Origin: Octopus bimaculoides
Lineage: Eukaryota
Direction of reading: 5' to 3'
DNA length: 35,210 nucleotides
NCBI RefSeq assembly: GCF_001194135.2
Contig: NC_068986.1
Coordinates: forward strand, 42,827,235 to 42,862,444
The notes beneath the pieces are model-generated. The model was not told the DNA's origin, made no database searches, and was given only the letters and a program-made list of their open reading frames with translations. Below are positions 33,004 to 35,210 of this stretch, piece by piece; the first letter of the stretch is position 1; each line of letters opens with the position of its first letter. The translations under genes were made by a program, and so were the position numbers.

Positions 33004-33796
33004 AATAAGCCAATTACATTATGATACAGATTAGACTCCTGGATCTGGCTGTCATCCTCAGCACTAATAGCCAAATAAATATTGCATTCATTGTAATGAA
33101 CCTAACGAACTGCTAGTCTTGATATGTTGCTTTCTAATCCATTACAAGTAGACAGACTGAACTCTGAAAATGCATTGAAACAGCACTGTGGTTTGTGTTA
33201 TGAGAGAAGAAATGATTTATTATAAATATGGAATGAACTATCAAGGAGATAACATGAATTGCAAATGCTTCTTTGGTGAAGCATTTACAATTGTGATCGA
33301 CATAGTATCTATAACTATATTTTGACAAAGATGTCTGTTATTTAAGCATCTGGTTACGAAAGTAACGTAGGTGCAAAAGGGACAGCTCTACCGAAGGATA
33401 TAAACATGATTTCGGAAATTATTTAACGAGTGATTTTCTCTACTTTACTCTGGTCATTATATATGTGGCAGATTAAATAAACGAGGTTACCTTGCAGCTA
33501 TTGTTTTCAATTTCGTAGATAATCACAAACTTTGATAAATTTAGTCATATATCGAAAATTATCGAGAATATTCCTTGGGGTTTATTGTGTGCCATTATCT
33601 AAATCTATTTGCAGTGTTACTAATATTCTACCATGTGGCTTGTGTTTAAATTGAAAACTTAATAATTTTCTCGTCAGTATAATCTTTTCTTTATCAGAAA
33701 AATCTTTATTCAATCCAATGTTTTATATTAGACTTTTCAGTTTCCTGCAAAAATACCCACAAAGAACATATTTAGAATTAGTATTATTCCTACAAT

Positions 33797-34008
33797 AAGA
33801 CGGCAAGCTGGCAGAATCGTTAGCACGGCTGGCAAAATACTTAGTGGCATTTTATCCATCATTACGTTATGAGTTCAAATTCCAAGGTCGACTTTAACTT
33901 ACATCTTTTAGGGATCGATAAAGTAAGCACCAGTCGAGCACTGGGGTTGATAAAATCGACTTAACCCCTCCCCTGAACTTGCTGCTCCTGTGCCGAAATT
34001 TGAAATCG
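33797..34008 (+). mobile_element. SINE family B, uninterrupted
   Basis: ggcaagctggcagaatcgttagc…gagttcaaattcc (B box)…ctggggttgataaaatcgac. Confidence 0.85.
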
Positions 34009-34887
34009 ATCAGTTTTAAAAATATTGAAATATGTGAACAATATCATTTCTCTTTAATTTTAACGTACCCGGGTGATATAGCCAGATAGAAAAATTTCCT
34101 TTAACTTTCAGATGCAATATTTAATTCAACCTCTTAATTCTAATCCAAGAGAATTTTTATATAACGGGATAAGTATATTAACAAGCTTTATTGAAATGCA
34201 TACGTTTTTCGTCTGAGAAGAGATATAGAAAGAAAAGCTGTCGAAATGAAATGTTTCTTTACTGTAATAGCATATACTTATGCAAGAAAATGTTCCAATA
34301 AATCAATATTAGAAGCAATATGCTCTTTGAATAGGTGTACGTTTTCACACATATAAAGCATCAATTATTGTTTGATAATATTATACTTTGACAACAACAT
34401 TCAACTTATGATTGATCTTTTTATTTATTTATTTGAAGATTAATGAAGCCCGATGTTGTAATGAGTAAAAACATGGAATTCGATATTTCTCCAACTCATA
34501 GTATATTTCTTTGTGGCTCGTTCAAGAAAGCACATGAACATTATAATGAAGTCGAGGGATGTCGAGATGTATTTGTTGTTGTTGTTATTATCTATATTAT
34601 CTCTGATCTGATGTTGAACATTCTGGTCTTTTCTCAGGAATTGCATATGTCTGTCGCTTTCCAAGACGTTACGCTTTAATTCGAGGGACATTTGACTACT
34701 AATTGTAGCATATCGATCAAGTTGACTGAGTTTTCGTAGATTAAAAAGGTAATCTTCTGGCTGACCAAATCCATCAGTCAGTTTTTGATTTTTGCAGATG
34801 GTACAGTTCCTTTGCATCACTAATGCATTAAAAAACATAACAGATTCCATTTTTCCATCTTCCCTTAAATTACACGTTTATAGAATA

Positions 34888-34978
34888 CTAGCAGAAATAC
34901 CCGGCGTTGCCCGGGTTAAAGAGAATAATGAAATCTAAAAACGCCGTCTAGACTACGCATCGTCTTTATATAGAGAGA
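34888..34978 (-). mobile_element. 91-bp mini-Helitron / Helitron 3' terminus
   Basis: Minus strand: A|TCTCTCTATATAAAG…ACCCGG-gcaacg-CCGGGT-ATTTCTG-CTAG|T, giving 5' TC, subterminal hairpin, 3' CTAG and AT target. Confidence 0.85.
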
Positions 34979-35097
34979 TGTATATACACACACGCACCCA
35001 AACACACGTATATATATGTATATCAATATAAATATATGAAAGTCAATGAAGTTTCATAAAAGAAGGTGATCATGTACATACTTTCTTGCTGTTGTGA

Positions 35098-35208
35098 TTA
35101 TAACACCTCGTTGTAAACAATGTTCCTTGTTTTCCCTTGTGGAGCATATACAAATAGGTTTTTTTTGCTGCCCACTCTTGAGCAGCCAACATACAGTTGT
35201 CCATGTGA
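35098..35208 (-). mobile_element. C-terminus of Helitron Rep-helicase (PIF1-like), truncated by window edge
   Basis: SHGQLYVGCSRVGSKKNLFVYAPQGKTRNIVYNEVL* matches the FSHGQLYVAxSRV…TxNIVYxEVL helicase end; too short for the ORF track. Confidence 0.9.
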
Positions 35209-35210
35209 GA

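Noticed and set aside
29476-35210. Contactin exon 7 within the window (acceptors tried at about 31115, 33030, 33510, 34113, 34638)
   Set aside because: None gives a phase-0 open frame with the Ig DxGxYxC motif; the exon is probably beyond the window

Overview
AT-rich, microsatellite- and repeat-dense animal genomic DNA. The SINE families, repeat landscape and gapped assembly suggest Octopus/cephalopod (inference). There are eight N gaps totalling about 3.8 kb. The host feature, missed by the ORF track, is the 5' half of a multi-exon + strand gene. Six GT-AG exons (5684-5765, 9108-9202, 20207-20292, 20920-21074, 24798-24905, 29312-29475) splice in phase into 230 aa: signal peptide, C-type-lectin-like domain, then the start of an Ig domain. 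This is the invertebrate contactin architecture, and the gene continues beyond the window. The introns hold at least four tRNA-derived SINE families and remnants of an RTE LINE, a hAT and a Tc1/mariner element. The most unusual items are: (1) a 1.6-kb ORF1-only (RRM-like + CCHC knuckle) retroelement with no RT, inserted into a SINE with a perfect 12-bp TSD; (2) a near-identical 190-bp inverted duplication bracketing the signal-peptide exon, one arm starting at +4 of its splice donor; (3) a SINE split by an insertion carrying (TTAGGG)n-like repeats; (4) a Helitron helicase C-terminus followed by a 91-bp TC...hairpin-CTAG mini-Helitron; (5) a decayed Penelope-type hammerhead-like motif. No rRNA, true tRNA or CRISPR array was found.
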